Below, piece by piece: positions 34,305-35,245 of a DNA stretch of 35,245 nucleotides (positions are counted from its first letter, which is position 1; every line of letters starts with the position of its first letter). Source of the DNA: Neoechinorhynchus agilis (Eukaryota; Animalia; Acanthocephala); the NCBI GenBank assembly GCA_051530055.1, contig JBMGUZ010000022.1, forward strand, positions 1 to 35,245. The letters run 5' to 3'. The notes beneath the pieces are model-generated. The model did not search any database. It was not told where the DNA came from and was given only the letters and a program-made list of their open reading frames with translations. Both the position numbers and the translations under genes were made by a program.

Positions 34305-34430
34305 ATGTCGATATGTGAGATACCGGGGAATGTGATTAGCCGTCTATTACTAACAAACTGATGATGAACCCGACGAGCTTCGAAACGTCTTTAATAAATA
34401 CTCATTTACCGGGTGTAGACTCCTAACTAT
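34305..34430 (+). ncRNA. Family-2 repeat unit with a minimal type I hammerhead, core intact
   Basis: AAA-CTGATGA (34358-34364)-T-GAACC CGACGA GCTTC-GAA-ACGT-C (34389)-TTT, with a distal TATTA/TAATA helix. Homologous to 15817-16041, 18267-18372 and 18686-18772. Confidence 0.7.
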
Positions 34431-34453
34431 AGTTAGGCAAATTATTTGCTTCG

Positions 34454-35245
34454 ATGAAACCCCGCGTGCTCTTTCCCTTTACGGGAGGAATTAAATTCTG
34501 GTCAGCATTACACTGGCCTTGTAGAGCTCGTTTCCAAATGAACAAGGATAGAGGTAGGATCAAATCACTCCTTCCCAACTCTTCTCAATGGTATCGCGTT
34601 GTCTCTAAGAAAAAATTCGTTCCTTCGCAGCAAGCAGCAACATCGTGGATTAAAACCTCGGGCCTCAACAACGTGGTCAAAACTCTTTGTGACTTTCATT
34701 CTGAAGAATGCTTACCAGCATTATAAACAGTTTCCTTGCCTGTCAAACCAAGACGCCATGATCTTTAAGCCTCTGATATTGTTCAATGGTGGAGATCAAG
34801 GGATAAGATTTTCGATAACGTCTCATGAATATGTTTGAAAGCCACGAATGTACTCGACAAAGCCAACATCACCGATATCGCTAAAGCTATGGTCAGCACG
34901 TCTCCTGACGAATGAGCTCATATGAACCTCTCGGAGCGTATTTTTCTCATCAAAGAGAAAGGGAAAAAAGTTGTAGCTGGTGGAGATGATCGTCCCATTT
35001 CCAATCAGAACTCACTGATTTCAATCTACGAACGGGCACTAATGGCATCGACCACGGATGCCACGGTTTTTACCCCATAAATCCGTTCAGACGGTTTTGT
35101 CTGAAATTATCACTAATTTTAATTCCAATTAGAAATCAATGAACATTTTAATTTCCTTCGATATCTCTAAGGCTTTTGATAACATTGATATCGCTTTTAT
35201 AATAAAGATCCTTCGTTTGTCTGCCAGGTTGTGTTTAGTGGTTTT
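34454..35245 (+). mobile_element. Decayed LINE RT fragment, runs off the window end
   Basis: DRPISNQNSLISIYERAL and FDISKAFDNIDIAFIIKILRL parallel LRPISIQEPLISIIERAM and LDITKAFDEIDRFFIYKALRF of the 22 kb LINE. Confidence 0.8.

Overview
AT-rich eukaryotic (metazoan) genomic DNA with compact host genes among dense, nested retroelement debris; the organism cannot be identified from the sequence. Host genes: a PIM-family kinase (5' end outside the window), a two-finger PRDM1/Blimp-1-like protein with an eh1 motif, CREBL2 (two exons), NOL9/Grc3, and two orphan ORFs. The inferred introns cluster at 45-49 nt. Mobile DNA: a truncated Penelope-like element (RT C-terminus plus GIY-YIG), a decayed APE-RT LINE with a zinc-knuckle ORF1, an RTE-type LINE, further LINE fragments, and two copies of a tRNA-headed SINE with different 3' tails. 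The two most notable signals are non-coding. (1) A hammerhead ribozyme at 4432-4495 has a fully intact core, but its three strands are in a non-circularly permuted order, and it sits in a B-box/(TAAA)n SINE-like unit. (2) At least six 190-440 bp foldback insertions are each flanked by a 10-14 bp target-site duplication, most carry intact or decayed minimal Penelope-type hammerheads, and they share the architecture of the protein-coding Penelope remnant. All folds, splice models and family calls were made by eye and need computational or experimental confirmation.
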